A DNA stretch of 64,000 nucleotides from Bacteroidales bacterium (GTDB lineage Bacteria; Bacteroidota; Bacteroidia; Bacteroidales; VadinHA17), in contig JASJGS010000028.1 in the NCBI GenBank assembly GCA_033791445.1, positions 8,636 to 72,635 on the forward strand, in the 5' to 3' direction. The position numbers and the translations under genes are program-made. The notes under the pieces are model-generated. The model made no database searches. It was not told the origin of the DNA and worked only from the letters and a program-made list of their open reading frames with translations. Shown one piece after another: positions 62,112 to 64,000 of this stretch; positions within the stretch are counted from its first letter, which is position 1; each line of letters starts with the position of its first letter.

Positions 62112-63827
62112 TTAGGTATTGCTCTTTTTAATATCCTTAACATTCAGCTGAAGGCTTGTATTTCCTCTGAAAACATTCTCTTCAATGGTAAAACAAATAT
62201 CAAATTGCGTTCCGTTTTGCAATACATCAGAATTATGCGATTGATTAAAGGCAATGGCAGCAATACCAGATCCTCCATTTTGAGAGACTTCCATTTTTAT
62301 ATGCTCTCCATTGGCTCCAACAAGCTTGCTTGAAGGTCCTGCAATAAGATTCCTTGCCACAAAAACCGGGGCCATATTTTCTGGGCCAAAAGGCTGAAAT
62401 TGATTCAGGATTCGTACAAAACTTGGTGTGATATCCTCAAAAATAAGGTTTGCATCAATATTAATCGCAGGAACTAGTTGTTCACTGGTAATGTTTTCAG
62501 AAACCGCCTTTTCAAAGCATTCCCCGAACTCCTCGACATCCTCCTTTTTGAGGGTTAGGCCTGCTGCGTACATGTGGCCGCCAAAGCTTACCAGTAAATG
62601 GCTACAGGATTCGATAGCCCTGTACAGGTTAAAACCGGGAACCGAACGTGCCGAACCTGTTGCAAATCCATTAGACTCCGTTAAAACAACCGTAGGCTTA
62701 TAGTGCGTTTCGATCAATCTTGAGGCTACAATACCTATTACACCCTTGTGCCATGATGGATTATAAATTACAGTTGATTTACTATTCAACATTTTATGAT
62801 CCTGACAAATAGTTTGCAAGGCTTCACTGGTAATCTCCTGGTCTATTTTCCTCCTATCCTGGTTGTATACATTTATTGTATTGCCAATGCCAAATGATTG
62901 TTTATCATCTTCAGCCAATAACAATTCAACTGCTTTCGCTCCGGTTTCCATTCTTCCAGCTGCATTAATCCTGGGTCCGATTTTGAACACAACATCAGAA
63001 ATACTAATTTCTCTTTCGCCCAAACCTCCCAGTCTGCAGATAGTTTTGAGCCCCGGACGAGGGTCTGCATTCAATTGCTGTAAACCATAGAATGCCAAAA
63101 CCCTGTTTTCATCTACAATGGGAACAATATCGGAAGCTATGCTTACGGCTACTAAATCAAGCAATGGAATAATTGAATCAAAGGATATACTGTTTATCCT
63201 GGCAAAGGCCTGGACTAGTTTAAAGCCCACTCCACATCCTGAAAGTTCTTTAAAGGGATAATCACAGTCAGCTCTTTTAGGGTCTAAAACTGCAACGGCA
63301 GCTGGCAATTCAGCTCCTGGTGTATGATGGTCGCAGATAATAAAATCTATATTCTTCTGGCTTGCATATTTTACTTTGTTAATGGCTTTTATACCACAAT
63401 CAAGAGCAATAATCAGGGAATAATTATTTTCTGATGCAAAATCAATTCCCTGGGTAGATATTCCATACCCTTCACTATATCGATTAGGGATATAAAATCC
63501 AAGATTATCATAATGATCGCGAAAAAAAGCATAAACCAGTGCAACCGCTGTGGTCCCATCTACATCATAGTCTCCATAAATAAGTATGCGCTCATGGCGA
63601 TTTATGGCCGTACCAATCCTATCAATGGCCTGGGTCATATCTTTCATTAAAAAAGGATCGTATAATTCATCCAATTTGGGCCTGAAAAACTGCCTGGCCT
63701 TATCAAACGATTTAATATCCCTCAATACCAAAAGATTAGCAATACTTTCTTTAATATCTAATGCCTTGGCTAAAGAATCTACCTCCTTTTTATCCCCCTG
63801 CTCTTTTACTATCCAACTTTTTTCCAT
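62112..63827 (-). CDS. recJ: ssDNA-specific exonuclease RecJ
   Basis: YGDYDVDG, DCG, DHH, PRINAAGR, GGHMYAAG. Confidence 0.97.
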   Translation of the reverse strand: MEKSWIVKEQGDKKEVDSLAKALDIKESIANLLVLRDIKSFDKARQFFRPKLDELYDPFLMKDMTQAIDRIGTAINRHERILIYGDYDVDGTTAVALVYAFFRDHYDNLGFYIPNRYSEGYGISTQGIDFASENNYSLIIALDCGIKAINKVKYASQKNIDFIICDHHTPGAELPAAVAVLDPKRADCDYPFKELSGCGVGFKLVQAFARINSISFDSIIPLLDLVAVSIASDIVPIVDENRVLAFYGLQQLNADPRPGLKTICRLGGLGEREISISDVVFKIGPRINAAGRMETGAKAVELLLAEDDKQSFGIGNTINVYNQDRRKIDQEITSEALQTICQDHKMLNSKSTVIYNPSWHKGVIGIVASRLIETHYKPTVVLTESNGFATGSARSVPGFNLYRAIESCSHLLVSFGGHMYAAGLTLKKEDVEEFGECFEKAVSENITSEQLVPAINIDANLIFEDITPSFVRILNQFQPFGPENMAPVFVARNLIAGPSSKLVGANGEHIKMEVSQNGGSGIAAIAFNQSHNSDVLQNGTQFDICFTIEENVFRGNTSLQLNVKDIKKSNT

Positions 63828-63838
63828 GCTATTGCTTC

Positions 63839-64000
63839 CTATTCGAATCTCAAACCAAACACGCTTGATATCTTTTGTTTCAAAACTTTTTTTACATCTT
63901 CCATTTCCACACTGGTTCCCAATTCAATCTGCAGCGATGTTACTCCTTTATCGACAAACCCACATGGGTTTATATAACGAAAATAATCAAGATTAGTATT
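63839..64000 (-). CDS. lipB: Lipoyl(octanoyl) transferase, 3' end only
   Basis: Minus-strand frame reads NTNLDYFRYINPCGFVDKGVTSLQIELG...FE*; missing from the ORF track. Confidence 0.85.
   Translation of the reverse strand, partial: NTNLDYFRYINPCGFVDKGVTSLQIELGTSVEMEDVKKVLKQKISSVFGLRFE

Noticed and set aside
1..64000. CRISPR arrays, tRNA/rRNA genes, IS elements, prophage and defence systems
   Set aside because: None recognised by eye in intergenic regions or ORFs; dedicated tools were not run.

Overview
AT-rich chromosomal segment from a Bacteroidota (Bacteroidales-like) bacterium, inferred from SusC/SusD, type III glutamine synthetase, a PorE-like OmpA protein, DUF2851/DUF3109 and TAnnTTTG promoters. 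Most genes are minus-strand housekeeping genes (sucC, pnp, rpsO, pyrF, prfA, purM, glnA, aroK, parC/parE, lplA, obgE, adk, hpt, recJ, partial lipB). Three accessory blocks sit between DUF2851, pyrF, prfA and purM. The clearest unexplained structure is at 14.4-16.0 kb. Two copies of a sigma54-type promoter module (tandem enhancer-like boxes 22 bp apart, then GG-N10-G 67-68 bp downstream) precede a secreted protein and a CAZyme-free SusC-SusD-lipoprotein-lipoprotein operon. A probable ~80-nt antisense sRNA lies in the susC leader. Other observations: a membrane-spanning regulator/partner pair, an HhH beta-barrel gene coupled to a PorV/FadL-like barrel gene, a strong Shine-Dalgarno on prfA, an in-frame TAA in parE, a homopolymer frameshift and a dyad operator at glnA. 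I saw no tRNA, rRNA, CRISPR array, transposase or integrase. All family assignments come from motif recognition, not database searches.
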